Origin: Planctomycetota bacterium
Lineage (GTDB): Bacteria; Planctomycetota; B15-G4; JADJEK01
Direction of reading: 5' to 3'
NCBI GenBank assembly: GCA_044225365.1
Contig: JBGAIQ010000028.1
Coordinates: 1,703-65,702 of the forward strand
Length of the DNA stretch: 64,000 nt
In this document: positions 37,766 to 47,393 of the stretch, piece by piece
Layout: every line of letters starts with the position of its first letter
How positions within the stretch are numbered: position 1 is the stretch's first letter
Notes under the pieces: generated by a model
The model's database searches: none
The model's input: the letters and a program-made list of their open reading frames with translations, nothing else
What the model was told of the DNA's origin: nothing
Translations under genes and position numbers: made by a program

Positions 37766-38095
37766 ATGGATCGAAATCTGGTCTGGGAGCTGTCGAAGAA
37801 GTCCGGCGGCATCTTCAAGTTCACGGTGCTGATGCACAAGCGCATCCGCGAACTCGTGAGCGGTGCGCCGAAACTCTGTGACATCCCGTCTTCGAATCCG
37901 ATCGAAGTCGCGCTGAAGGAGATCGAGCTCGGGCTCATCGAACTCGCGCCGATGACTCCCGCGGAGATCGAAGAGATGCAGCGCAGTCTCGAGGAGCAAG
38001 CGGCCGCTCAGGCCCTGCTCGCGCAGGAGCCCGCGATGGGCGCTCTCGGCAGCCCGACCGAACACGCGGTCAACGAGTTCCTCAAGTCCGGCTGA
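37766..38095 (+). CDS. rpoZ: DNA-directed RNA polymerase subunit omega (probable)
   Basis: GGAGG lies 7 nt upstream. FKFTVLMHKRIRELVSG...EVALKEIELGLIE aligns by eye with the E. coli RpoZ segments RFDLVLVAARRARQM...IALREIEEGLI. Conserved gmk-rpoZ synteny. Confidence 0.7.
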   Translation: MDRNLVWELSKKSGGIFKFTVLMHKRIRELVSGAPKLCDIPSSNPIEVALKEIELGLIELAPMTPAEIEEMQRSLEEQAAAQALLAQEPAMGALGSPTEHAVNEFLKSG

Positions 38096-38174
38096 TCGCC
38101 CCCTGTTCGCGCATTCGATTCGTCGCCTCGGCCGCGCGATCGCGGGGCCGGGGCGCGTTGGTTTGGGGGGAAGA

Positions 38175-38247
38175 GATGCCGCGCTGGAGCGCGACGGTCC
38201 GCCGGACCGGATGGCCGCGCTGGAGCGCGGCGGTCCGGCGGCGGTCC
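38175..38247 (+). repeat. two direct copies of a REP-like hairpin element (variant stem)
   Basis: GATGCCGCGCTGGAGCGCGACGGTCCG (38175-38201) and GATGGCCGCGCTGGAGCGCGGCGGTCCG (38210-38237). Each has the hairpin CGCGCT-GG-AGCGCG. The flanks match the elements at 41.8 and 60.5 kb. Confidence 0.85.
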
Positions 38248-38262
38248 AGAAAAGGTGCGCGC

Positions 38263-39858
38263 CTACTTGCCGAGTTCGGCTCGCAGCTTCGCCGAGTTGT
38301 TCGTCGCATCGCGGACCGCGGTCTGCGCGGCCTCGGTCGAAAAACCGTCCGCCTTCTTGTCGGCGAGCACCTTGTTGCCCTCCTCGATCGCGCGCATGTA
38401 GAGGTCGAGCGCGTGTTCGAGATCGCGATGGAGGTGATACTGCAGGATGAGGGCGGTGTCGTTCAGGATCGAAGGATCGGTCGGGCGTAGTTCGACGGCC
38501 TTCTCGTAGGCGGCGTAGCTTTCCTCGTACTTCCCAGTCTCGCGGCAGAAGAACGCGTAGTTGTTCCAGTCGTCCGCGTTGTTCTGTTGGGCATTCGCGA
38601 CGAGTCGGAAGATCTCCCGTGCGGCTTCGTTCTTGTTCGCCTTCACGAGTTGGTCGGCGAGACCGCGGAGCGACATCAGGTTTCCGGCGGGATCGACGCC
38701 GGCGAGCACGGCCGCGACGAGCGCGTCGAGATTCGATTCGGTGAGAGGCGTGAGGCGCGCGGCAGCCAAGTCGTACGCGGCGGTCGCATAGAGTGCGAGC
38801 GAGACCTCGAGTGCTGCCGCGAACTTGAGGTCCGGCATCGCCTCGCTCGCGTCCTTCATGTCGGCGTCGAGTCCCTTGGTGTCCCGCAGCGCGCCTTTCA
38901 CGCGGCCGCGATAGAAGTACGCCAGCCCCTGGGCGAGCTTGCGTTCGTCGCCCGAAGCGAAGGTCTTCGACTTGATGACGGCCTTGTCGAGGATGCCGAG
39001 GAGTTGCGTGCGCTTCTCCTTGCTGTCGCCGAGGAGCGCGGCGAGTTGGCGGTAACTGTCGTTCTGAGTCGGAGTCAGTTCGACCGACTTCGCGAACGCT
39101 TCGACTCCCTTCTCCTTCTCGTTCGTGGCGAGTGCGAGCCAGCCGAGACCGTTCCAGACCTGGCCGTTCTGCGGATCGAGAGCGAGCGCGGAGTTGTACG
39201 CCTCCTTGCACTTCTCGCGCAGCGCCTTCGCGCCGGTGCCATCCCCGCTCGACTGCTTGAACTGCGCCCCGAAGTAGCGACGTGCGCCGACCTCGAGCAG
39301 AGCTTCGACGCTCTTCGAGTCGCGACCGAGCGCTTCTTCCGCGAGGGCGAGTGCGCCCTCGGGGTCGCCGTTCTCGCCGACGCCGCGCGCTGCGAGGAGC
39401 AATGGCTCGACCGCCTTCGGATTCGCCTTGCTCGCCTCCTCGAGGAATCGCCGCGCATCGGTGAACGCGAAGCCGGCTCCTTCGAAGTCGCCATTCCTCG
39501 CGTGTTCTCGCGCCTGCTCGGTCAGGGCCTGCCCGAGCGCAAGGAGAGAGTCGTAATCGTTCGCGCGCTTGTCGGTGGCCTTCACGAGCGTCGAGACGGC
39601 GGCGTCGAATTCGCCGCAGCCGACCTGGGCCTTCCCGAGCACGAGGAGCACCTCGCCATCCGTCGTCCCTTCGCCGGCGATCTTCACGAGCAGGTCGCGA
39701 GCGGCGCTGTAGTCCTTCTTCGCAAGGAGGTCCTTCGCCTTGGCGACGTCGCCGCCGTCGGCGAATGCGTGCGATGCTGCGGGAAGCAGCGCGAGGACGA
39801 GGGCGAGAGCGGCGGTGACTTTCATGGCGGGATCTCCGGTCCTACTGCGTCCCGTCAT
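38263..39858 (-). CDS. secreted TPR-repeat protein
   Basis: ATG 39858 overlaps the upstream stop (ATGA); ATG 39825 (MKVTAALALVLALLPAASHA) is an alternative start. Multiple TPR-like A/L/Y/G-patterned helical repeats. Confidence 0.75.
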   Translation of the reverse strand: MTGRSRTGDPAMKVTAALALVLALLPAASHAFADGGDVAKAKDLLAKKDYSAARDLLVKIAGEGTTDGEVLLVLGKAQVGCGEFDAAVSTLVKATDKRANDYDSLLALGQALTEQAREHARNGDFEGAGFAFTDARRFLEEASKANPKAVEPLLLAARGVGENGDPEGALALAEEALGRDSKSVEALLEVGARRYFGAQFKQSSGDGTGAKALREKCKEAYNSALALDPQNGQVWNGLGWLALATNEKEKGVEAFAKSVELTPTQNDSYRQLAALLGDSKEKRTQLLGILDKAVIKSKTFASGDERKLAQGLAYFYRGRVKGALRDTKGLDADMKDASEAMPDLKFAAALEVSLALYATAAYDLAAARLTPLTESNLDALVAAVLAGVDPAGNLMSLRGLADQLVKANKNEAAREIFRLVANAQQNNADDWNNYAFFCRETGKYEESYAAYEKAVELRPTDPSILNDTALILQYHLHRDLEHALDLYMRAIEEGNKVLADKKADGFSTEAAQTAVRDATNNSAKLRAELGK

Positions 39859-41579
39859 TTCGCGGGAGGGGTGCGACGGGCCGACGCTGCGGCCTTCGCG
39901 AACTCGTCGCGAAGGGCAACATCGAAGGGATAGTTCTCGAGTCCGTCGATCAGGATGGCGAGCATCTGATCGGCTTCGTCATCGGGCATGGTGGACTTCG
40001 CGATCAGCGAGTTCAGGCGATCGTGGGCCGCGGCCGCGTCACGCCGCGCGATCGCTTGTTCGATGCGCGCCTCGACGAGATCGAGTCGTTCGGCATCGAG
40101 GGCCTCGAGGTTCGAGAGCGGCGATTCGGCATCGCTCGGCCGCTTCGTCCGTGAGAACAAGAGGCCGAGGTTGAGGAGTGCATCGCCGTAGGCCGAGCGA
40201 ATCTCCGGCTCCTTCGTCGCGTCGTCCTTCTGCGCCGCGTACTGCTCCGCCCCGCGCGCCACCGCACGCGTGAGCAACTGCTCGGCGTGATCGAGGTCGC
40301 GGTGTAGGTGGTAGAGCAGGATGAGTGCGGTGTCGTTCACGAAGCGGACCGAATCGGGCGCGAGTTCGATGCACCGGCTGTACGCCGCGTAGCTCTCGTC
40401 GTAACGGCCGCATTCGCGCGCGGTGAAGCCGACGTTGTTGAACCACTCCGCATCGTCCTGCTTCAGGGTCGTCGCGAACGACCAGAAATCGCAGAGCCAC
40501 GAAAAGGCGTCGCGCCGATCCGCGGCGGTGTCGTTGTCGGGGATCGTTTTCAGGCGCAGCATCGCGTCGGCGATCGTCGCGACGGCGCGCATGGCCGCTG
40601 GGTCGCTTGGATTCGCTCGCAGCGCGGATTCGATCTCGGGCTTGCTCGTCTCGACGGCACGCTTCGCTGCGGAGAGGTCGCCTTCGTCCGCGAGCACGGA
40701 CACGATGTTCGTACGCACCGTGAGATTGGAAGCGACGACGGGTGCCTTCCAGTAGGGATCCATTGCCGCCGACTCGTTCGCGACGAGGATCGCGCGCAGG
40801 TACGCCTCGCGCGCGTGCTCGAGACTCGTCAAGGTCGTTGCGCGATCGCCTGCGTCGCGGGCGGCGAGGCCCGCGCGCCACCACGCATCGCCACCGCGAG
40901 CGATGACCTGCGACTCGTAATTGCGACAGCGCGCGCGCTCGAGCGCCGGGCGATCTTCGAGGGAAAGAGCGTGGTAGTAACCGGCGAGCGTGTCGACTGG
41001 GAGTTCGGCCCCGAGATAGGTCCACAGCTCGTTGTGTGCGGCGTCCTCGGCAGTATCGCGCGCGATCGCAGCGAGGGCGTACCCGACGGCCTGGCGGCGC
41101 TCGCCCGCCTGGCGCAGCAGTGCGGCGAGATGGGTGAATGGGAGGGCGGATTTCGGCGCGAGTTGGAGCCACTGCGCATACAACGCCTCCGCTCGCAGCC
41201 GTACCGCGGGCGCGAGGTACGCCGTATCGGAATCGAGATACTCGGCGAAGCGCGCGGCGAAGAGATCGGCGACGGTGGAGACGATGAGCACGTCGTCCTT
41301 GCCGAGTTCGAGTGCTCGATCGAGGGCGTCGTTGCTCTCCGTTTCACCCGCGGCCTCGAGCGCCTCCGCGAGGGCGAGCTGCGCTCGTGCGTCCGATGGA
41401 GTCTTCGCGACGTATCCCCGCGCCTTCTCGACGGCGGCATCGAAGTTGCCCGCCGCGATCTCGGAGCGAATGGTCTCGAGGGCCATCGTCCCCTGGGCGG
41501 CGAGCGGTGCCGTACCGCAGAGGGCGAACGCACCGCAAAGGAGCCAGGGGACCGGAATGGCTCGAGCGCTCATGGGCAT
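39855..41579 (-). CDS. secreted TPR-repeat protein (paralogue-like neighbour)
   Basis: Internal ATG 41579 begins MPMSARAIPVPWLLCGAFALCGTAPLAAQG. The C-terminal region (WNNYAFFCRE.G.YEESYAAY...LILQYHLHRDL) is shared with 38263..39858. Start is uncertain (41573-41648). Confidence 0.7.
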   Translation of the reverse strand: MPMSARAIPVPWLLCGAFALCGTAPLAAQGTMALETIRSEIAAGNFDAAVEKARGYVAKTPSDARAQLALAEALEAAGETESNDALDRALELGKDDVLIVSTVADLFAARFAEYLDSDTAYLAPAVRLRAEALYAQWLQLAPKSALPFTHLAALLRQAGERRQAVGYALAAIARDTAEDAAHNELWTYLGAELPVDTLAGYYHALSLEDRPALERARCRNYESQVIARGGDAWWRAGLAARDAGDRATTLTSLEHAREAYLRAILVANESAAMDPYWKAPVVASNLTVRTNIVSVLADEGDLSAAKRAVETSKPEIESALRANPSDPAAMRAVATIADAMLRLKTIPDNDTAADRRDAFSWLCDFWSFATTLKQDDAEWFNNVGFTARECGRYDESYAAYSRCIELAPDSVRFVNDTALILLYHLHRDLDHAEQLLTRAVARGAEQYAAQKDDATKEPEIRSAYGDALLNLGLLFSRTKRPSDAESPLSNLEALDAERLDLVEARIEQAIARRDAAAAHDRLNSLIAKSTMPDDEADQMLAILIDGLENYPFDVALRDEFAKAAASARRTPPAK

Positions 41580-41770
41580 GGCTTGGAACTCGACGGGTCC
41601 GAATCGGGGGCGAACAGTAACGGGCGCGGCGAGGCGGAAACGCCGCACCGCGGCCCACGGGGTCTCGAGCGCGTCTCACGCAAACTGCGCACCACGAACT
41701 GGTCAGATTAACTCACCGGGCGCTCGCGGGTAAGGGGGGAGTGACGGGGGCGTGGAGGATCGCGGATCGT

Positions 41771-42010
41771 CGGGCTCTGCCCGGTTCCGGAGGGAAGATG
41801 CCGGGCGGAGCCCGGCGGTCCGTGAGCGCATCCACTCAATTTCCGGAAGGAAGATGCCGGGCGGAGCCCGGCGGTCCGTGAGCGCATCCACTCAATTTCC
41901 GGAAGGAAGATGCTGGGCGGAGCCCGGCGGTCCGTGAGCGCATCCACTCAATTTCCGGAAGGAAGATGCTGGGCGGAGCCCGGCGGTCCGTGAGCGCATC
42001 CACTCAATTC
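41771..42010 (+). repeat. tandem array of 4 x 56-bp units, each carrying a REP-like hairpin, preceded by one inverted partial copy
   Basis: The anchor GATGC recurs at 41797, 41853, 41909 and 41965 (exact 56-bp period). Unit: GGAAGGAAGATGCCGGGCGGAGCCCGGCGGTCCGTGAGCGCATCCACTCAATTTCC. Hairpin: GCCGGGC-GGA-GCCCGGC. An inverted-type copy CGGGCTCTGCCCG lies at 41771-41783. Confidence 0.9.
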
Positions 42011-42122
42011 ACCGGCATCCTTTTCCTGCCCGCGCGATACGATTTGCGGGGAAGTCCGCGCCGATCGCCCGCGTTTGCGCTGCGTTTTTCGCGCGGGCGA
42101 ACCGGTGGTCGTTGGAGTCGCA

Positions 42123-45100
42123 ATGAACTTTGCTCGTCGTTTCCTTCGCGACCCGGCGCTGCGGATCGCCGCCGTTCTCCTCGTCGGGGCTTCCGTCGCC
42201 TGCTCCAAGCACTCGAACGGCACGAAATCGGGGACCACGACGGATCCCTTCAACTCGGCTCCGGCGCTGAAGACTTTGTTCAGCGGAATGCAGATCAACG
42301 AAGGCGCGCCCGAGGTCGGGTTCATCGCACCCGATGGCGATCAGAGCGTAGGCCTGCAGTCGCCCGTGATCGTGGTCTTCTCGGAGTCGATGGATGCCGC
42401 ATCGCTGACGGCGACGACTTTCACGCTCACGCAATCCTCGAGCAGCTCCTCCGGGGGCGGCGGTTTTCCGGGAGGGATCCCCGGTCTCGGACAAAGCCAG
42501 TCGGGCAACGGTGGAGGCGTGACCGGCGGCAGCGCACTCAACAACCCGTTCGATTCGCTGCACCACACGGTGGCCGGACAGTCGCCAAATTCCGCGAATG
42601 CGTCTTCGGGCACTGGCACGGGTTCGGGCACGGGTTCGGCGGGCGGAGGGACCGGCGCGGGGGGTGGGACGGGCGGCGGCGGGACGGGCAGCGGTGGCGG
42701 CACCGGCGGAACGGGTGGGACGCCCGTCATCGGCGCCATCGTCCCGGATCCCGACACGCATCAACGCGCATTCCTCTTCATCCCCACCGGGGGTCTCAAG
42801 GAGAAGTCGGACTACACGGTTCGCCTGCTCAACACGATCACCGATGCCGAAGGGGTCGCGATCAAGTCGGAGAGTTCGGACACGGGCGGCGACGTCGCAG
42901 GCGGGCTCACCGGCGTCGCGGTGCAGCGCACGTTCTCCACGGTCCAGGCCGCGGCGGATGCCAAGTTCCGGCTCGTTGCGATGTTCCCTCGGCCGAACGA
43001 CACCAACGTGCCGGTCGATACCTGTGTGAAGCTCTACTTCAACATGCCGATCGACACGAAGATCCTGTCCGGCACTCCGAAGCCATTGCAGATCTACGTG
43101 AACGGCACGCCGGTGACGGATTCCGATTTCAAGGTCGATCGTTCCGCGATTCCCGGGGTCGGCACCATCATCGCGAAGTTCAAGGGCAAGACGCCGTTCC
43201 CGCCCAACGCGCTGATCAAGGTCGTCGTCCGCCACAGCGCGAAGTCGGCGACCGGGTTGGCCCTGAACGACGGAGCCGAGGACTTCACTGCGACCTTCCA
43301 TACCGCGACGGTGGCGGTCCCGACCGCCATCGCGTTTCCTGGCACGCTGCCGACGACCGTGGATGCCGTCTCCTACACCGGCTCGGTCAACTCCACGAAC
43401 GCATCGAAATTCACGTCCGACGTGACGCTCGACACCACGGGCACCGCGGACTCCGTGACGATCATCTACTTCCAAGGCGGATCGTCGACACTCGCCCGCA
43501 GCTTCACGGCCGCGGCGGGAACCGGACTCGCGCACTTCGTGTCGAATCTCTCGGCCGCGGGATCGGGTTCGGTCTTCAAGCAGACGAATTCGACGACGCC
43601 GGCATCTCCGGTGATCGTCGGCGCATTCGCGACGCGCGCCGGTCTGCGGTCGCCGATCGGTCCCCTCGTCCTTCCCAACCTATTCGTCGAGACCACGAAG
43701 CCGACCGTCGAGTTCGGGCCGCCGACGCCCACGACGAAGCTCTCGCTCGCCACCACGTTGTCGCGGCCCGCGTTCTACGGGACGGCCTCGGAGCCATTGC
43801 GTTCAATGCGCGTCGTGCTCGGAGCGAAGTCGACGCCGATCACCTACGACGCGATCAAACTCGGCGACGAGAGCGACGTGACCGGAACCGCGGACTTCTT
43901 CATCACGAACGTGGGCACGAGCGTGCTGCCGAACGCGCCACTGGTCTCCGGGCCGCACTACCTGCCGGTGCCGATCGACGAGGTCGATGCCGAGGATCGA
44001 TACGGCAATCGCACTGAGAGCAAGGCGCCGGATACCGGTGAGTTGCGCCAGGAAGGTTCGATCGGTGGGGCGCTCGAGAACGGCGCCGATGTCCAGTTGC
44101 GTGTCCGGGCCGTCAACTCCGACACCCTCGCGGTGCTCGACGGCATCGTCGTGCAGGTCGCGCCGTATCCCTTCGACCCGCTCGGGACGCAACCGCTCGT
44201 GAAGAAGGCCAACGCGACGACCGAGCTGCGATTCAACGCGGGCGAACTCGCGCCCTTCGGCACCAAACTCATCGTGACCGTGTCCGCGACCGGCTACGAC
44301 GTGTTCACCGTCGCCGGCGTCGAGTCGCCGCTGACGCACGGCGCGTATGGCATCTCGATTCCGCTCGTGAAGACCGGAACGAATGGCGTCGCAATCACGG
44401 TGAGCGGAACCGAGAACATTCCCGCGCAACCGAGCGGCGTCTCGTTCTTCGCCACCTCGGCGAACACCGCTTCGCCGCTCGGTACGAACTCCGCCGCGGA
44501 TGCACGTTTCGCGATTGCGCCGCTCGCCGCGCCCGTCGGCCCGCTCGCGGTCGCGCCGCAGCGACCCGTGTTCCTTACGGCTGAGGAGTTCGACGGCGTC
44601 GGGACCTACGTTCCGCAGGTCGGTCCGCTCACCGTCTTCTCCGCGAACGCGAACGTGCCCATCAGCTTCACGGGTTCCGGGGGACCCAAGCTCCCGATCT
44701 CGCATACCTTCGCGAACACGGTGGTCTCGATCCCGGAGATCGAGTCGACGGGGATCACGCCCGGTCTCGGACCGGACGGCTACCTCCCGATCACGCACGG
44801 ACGCCTCGTCGCACGCCTGCCCGGCATTCCCGGAGTCCTTCCCGTCTCGCTCTCGCCGCAGAGCTTCCATCCGCCGGGCCCGAACCAGCCGCCCTCGGAT
44901 CCCAGCCTGCGCGTCGTCTTCGCGCCGATCCCCGAGACGTTGTGGTCGAACGAGTCGACGGGTGATCCGCAATACGAGCGGCTGGTCCAGCCCGACGCAG
45001 CGGTGGTGGGCGCGGATCCGCCCGACGATCTCCTCGAATCACTGTTCCGCTTCGAGGTGGAGGTCGCGGAGCCGGTTCCGAGTGCGGGCAGTCACTGGAC

Positions 45101-45530
45101 GCGCCAGACGGCGCACCTCGATTTCCAGCATCTCGTGACCGCGTCGACGGACGAACCGCTCGACCTCCCGCACATCCCGAGCTTCCAGATCGTGCCGGCG
45201 CAGCATCCGCCGAAGCTCCAGACCGTGCAGCACGATTGCGCACCCGCCGATTCGCTCCTGCGACTCACCGTCCGCGTCGGCGCGAATGCGCGGCGCTGGA
45301 CGATCCTCGTCGACGCCGCTTCGGTGGTCGCCGCAGGCGATGTCTTCCAATTGCCGACCGGGATCGCCAAACCGTTCGTCGATCCCGGTACGTTCTCGAT
45401 GGAACTCGAAGTGGTGGAGTTCGAAGCCGGCAAGTTCGTGATCGACTCCCTCGTCCTGTCCGACATCGAGCGCGAGCAACACCGCGCCGCGCGGTCGGCG
45501 ACCGCGACGCAGGACACGACTCCTCCCTGA
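42123..45530 (+). CDS. large lipoprotein with bacterial Ig-like (SbsA/Big_5-type) domains
   Basis: Internal ATG 42123 begins MNFARRFLRDPALRIAAVLLVGASVAC (lipobox). PVIVVFSESMDAASLTATTFTLTQ and LYFNMPIDTKIL are typical Ig-like domain starts. A Gly-rich linker is present. Confidence 0.7.
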   Translation: MNFARRFLRDPALRIAAVLLVGASVACSKHSNGTKSGTTTDPFNSAPALKTLFSGMQINEGAPEVGFIAPDGDQSVGLQSPVIVVFSESMDAASLTATTFTLTQSSSSSSGGGGFPGGIPGLGQSQSGNGGGVTGGSALNNPFDSLHHTVAGQSPNSANASSGTGTGSGTGSAGGGTGAGGGTGGGGTGSGGGTGGTGGTPVIGAIVPDPDTHQRAFLFIPTGGLKEKSDYTVRLLNTITDAEGVAIKSESSDTGGDVAGGLTGVAVQRTFSTVQAAADAKFRLVAMFPRPNDTNVPVDTCVKLYFNMPIDTKILSGTPKPLQIYVNGTPVTDSDFKVDRSAIPGVGTIIAKFKGKTPFPPNALIKVVVRHSAKSATGLALNDGAEDFTATFHTATVAVPTAIAFPGTLPTTVDAVSYTGSVNSTNASKFTSDVTLDTTGTADSVTIIYFQGGSSTLARSFTAAAGTGLAHFVSNLSAAGSGSVFKQTNSTTPASPVIVGAFATRAGLRSPIGPLVLPNLFVETTKPTVEFGPPTPTTKLSLATTLSRPAFYGTASEPLRSMRVVLGAKSTPITYDAIKLGDESDVTGTADFFITNVGTSVLPNAPLVSGPHYLPVPIDEVDAEDRYGNRTESKAPDTGELRQEGSIGGALENGADVQLRVRAVNSDTLAVLDGIVVQVAPYPFDPLGTQPLVKKANATTELRFNAGELAPFGTKLIVTVSATGYDVFTVAGVESPLTHGAYGISIPLVKTGTNGVAITVSGTENIPAQPSGVSFFATSANTASPLGTNSAADARFAIAPLAAPVGPLAVAPQRPVFLTAEEFDGVGTYVPQVGPLTVFSANANVPISFTGSGGPKLPISHTFANTVVSIPEIESTGITPGLGPDGYLPITHGRLVARLPGIPGVLPVSLSPQSFHPPGPNQPPSDPSLRVVFAPIPETLWSNESTGDPQYERLVQPDAAVVGADPPDDLLESLFRFEVEVAEPVPSAGSHWTRQTAHLDFQHLVTASTDEPLDLPHIPSFQIVPAQHPPKLQTVQHDCAPADSLLRLTVRVGANARRWTILVDAASVVAAGDVFQLPTGIAKPFVDPGTFSMELEVVEFEAGKFVIDSLVLSDIEREQHRAARSATATQDTTPP

Positions 45531-45534
45531 TTCG

Positions 45535-46296
45535 ATGACCTCGAGCCCTTCCTCCATGCCTCGACACGCAGGCGCTCCCTCGAACGACCGCGCGGCGGTC
45601 GCACTTCTCTCGGGCGGCCTCGATTCGACCGTTGCGGCGGCGCTCGCGCGGAAGGAACGAAGGCTCGTCGCCTGCGTCACGTTCGACTACGGCCAGCGCG
45701 CGGCGCCGCGTGAGATCGCCGCGGCGGCCGCGATCGCGCGCGAATTCGACGCGGAGCACCACGTCATCGCCTTGCCCTTCCTCGGTGCCGTGACGCACAC
45801 GGCGCTCGTCGATCGCAGCGTCGATCTCCCGCAGTTGACGGCGATGCAGCTCGACGACGTCGCGCCCGGCGGCGCGGCGCAACTCTCGATGCGCGCGGTC
45901 TGGGTCCCGAATCGGAACGGGATCCTCGTGAACTGCGCAGCGGCCTTCGCGGAGAGTCTGGGCGCCGACGCGGTCGTCGTCGGATTCAATCGCGAAGAAG
46001 CGGCGACGTTCCCCGACAACAGCGTGGAGTTCCTCGAGCGTTCGAGCGCGGCGCTCGCCCTCTCGACGCGCAACGGCGTGCGCGTCGTCTGCTCCACCGC
46101 CAACCAGGACAAGAACGAGATCGTTGCCGAGGGCTATCGCATCGGCGCTCCGCTTCACTATCTTTGGTCGTGCTATCGCGGTGGTGAGCGGCACTGCATG
46201 CAGTGCGAATCGTGTCTCCGGCTCTTGCGTGCGCTCGATGCCAACGGCAAGCGCGAGCAGTTCCTGCGCGAGTGGCGAGGTTCGACGAGAAAGTGA
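45535..46296 (+). CDS. queC: 7-cyano-7-deazaguanine synthase
   Basis: LLSGGLDSTVAAA (PP-loop), FDYGQRAAPEI-like segment, and the C-terminal Zn-Cys cluster CYRGGERHCMQCESC. Confidence 0.9.
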   Translation: MTSSPSSMPRHAGAPSNDRAAVALLSGGLDSTVAAALARKERRLVACVTFDYGQRAAPREIAAAAAIAREFDAEHHVIALPFLGAVTHTALVDRSVDLPQLTAMQLDDVAPGGAAQLSMRAVWVPNRNGILVNCAAAFAESLGADAVVVGFNREEAATFPDNSVEFLERSSAALALSTRNGVRVVCSTANQDKNEIVAEGYRIGAPLHYLWSCYRGGERHCMQCESCLRLLRALDANGKREQFLREWRGSTRK

Positions 46297-46366
46297 AGAG
46301 GCGACCGCAATGGCGCGATTCCGTGATTCGAACACGTGCGAGGACTGGCGATTCTCCCCAAGGTGC

Positions 46367-46978
46367 ATGGGATTCGTGCGCAGGCTGATGCGAGGTGCCA
46401 TCGTTCCCGTGGCGGCCCTGTTCGTCCTCGCGTGCGACGCGATCGAGAACACGATGACGACGCCGCCGCCCGAGTCGAAGCTCGAGGTGGCCGCCGACAT
46501 CGAGCAGCGCGGTCCGATCGAGATCGCCGTCCTGCCGATCCGCAGGCCGCTCAACTTCGGCGAAGCCGAGGGCACCGAGCTCCTGAACGAGGTGTACGCC
46601 GAGTTGCTGCGGAAGAACTACACCCCGCTCGACCCCGATTACGTGCAGAAGAAGCTGCCGAAGTCGTACTCTGCGGACGGACTCCCCGACGTCAGCACAC
46701 TGAAGAGCACGATCGCGGCCGACGCCTATCTGCTGGTCGACCTCCACAAAGCGGACATCGAGAACGAGGAAGGGATGCGCCCGCGCTATCGCCTCGATGC
46801 GACGTGTTGGTTGTTCCACGGCGAGGACGGATCCACCCTCTACAAGCACGATTTGACCCAGACCTACGACGTCCAACTCGACGGCTCGAAGCTCCTCCCC
46901 GGGAATCAGCGCCGGGAGAAGCTGAAGTTCTATGCTGGACGGCTCCTCACCCGTCTCCCCATCCGCCGCACCCGGTAG
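46367..46978 (+). CDS. hypothetical lipoprotein
   Basis: MGFVRRLMRGAIVPVAALFVLAC has a lipobox. High-GC3 frame. ATG 46310 is an alternative start. No family recognised. Confidence 0.55.
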   Translation: MGFVRRLMRGAIVPVAALFVLACDAIENTMTTPPPESKLEVAADIEQRGPIEIAVLPIRRPLNFGEAEGTELLNEVYAELLRKNYTPLDPDYVQKKLPKSYSADGLPDVSTLKSTIAADAYLLVDLHKADIENEEGMRPRYRLDATCWLFHGEDGSTLYKHDLTQTYDVQLDGSKLLPGNQRREKLKFYAGRLLTRLPIRRTR

Positions 46979-47126
46979 ATTTCGCTTTCGAGATCGGTCA
47001 GGCACCGGTAGGATCTGCCGAATTCGACAGAGCCGATTGAAAGCGTAGTCCTAGAGAATCCCTGATACCCCGATTCGAAAGACAGTTTCGCGGGGAGCGC
47101 GCTCGCCCCGGCTGCAGTTAGTGAAC

Positions 47127-47393
47127 ATGACGTCGACGGTGGCAAAGTCCGAGATCATTCGTAGTTTCCAGAAGCACGGCCAGGACACGGGCTCCTCCGA
47201 GGTGCAAGTCGCACTTCTCTCGACCCGCATCCGTCAGTTGACCGAGCATCTGAAGTCCCACATGAAGGACCACGCCTCCCGGCGCGGCCTCCTGATGCTC
47301 GTGGGCAAGCGCTCGACCCTCCTGCGTTACCTTCGTGATCATGACGAAGCGAAGTATCGCGAGATCGTCGAGAAGCTCGAACTCCGGCATTGA
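47127..47393 (+). CDS. rpsO: 30S ribosomal protein S15
   Basis: [50 protein letters not shown] is canonical S15. GTG 47121 is an alternative start. Confidence 0.95.
   Translation: MTSTVAKSEIIRSFQKHGQDTGSSEVQVALLSTRIRQLTEHLKSHMKDHASRRGLLMLVGKRSTLLRYLRDHDEAKYREIVEKLELRH

Noticed and set aside
41786-42010. Possible CRISPR array, because of regularly spaced hairpin-containing repeats
   Set aside because: The whole 56-bp unit, including the would-be spacer, is repeated almost identically, so there are no unique spacers. There are only 4 units and no cas genes in the window. It is a tandem repeat of a REP-like element.
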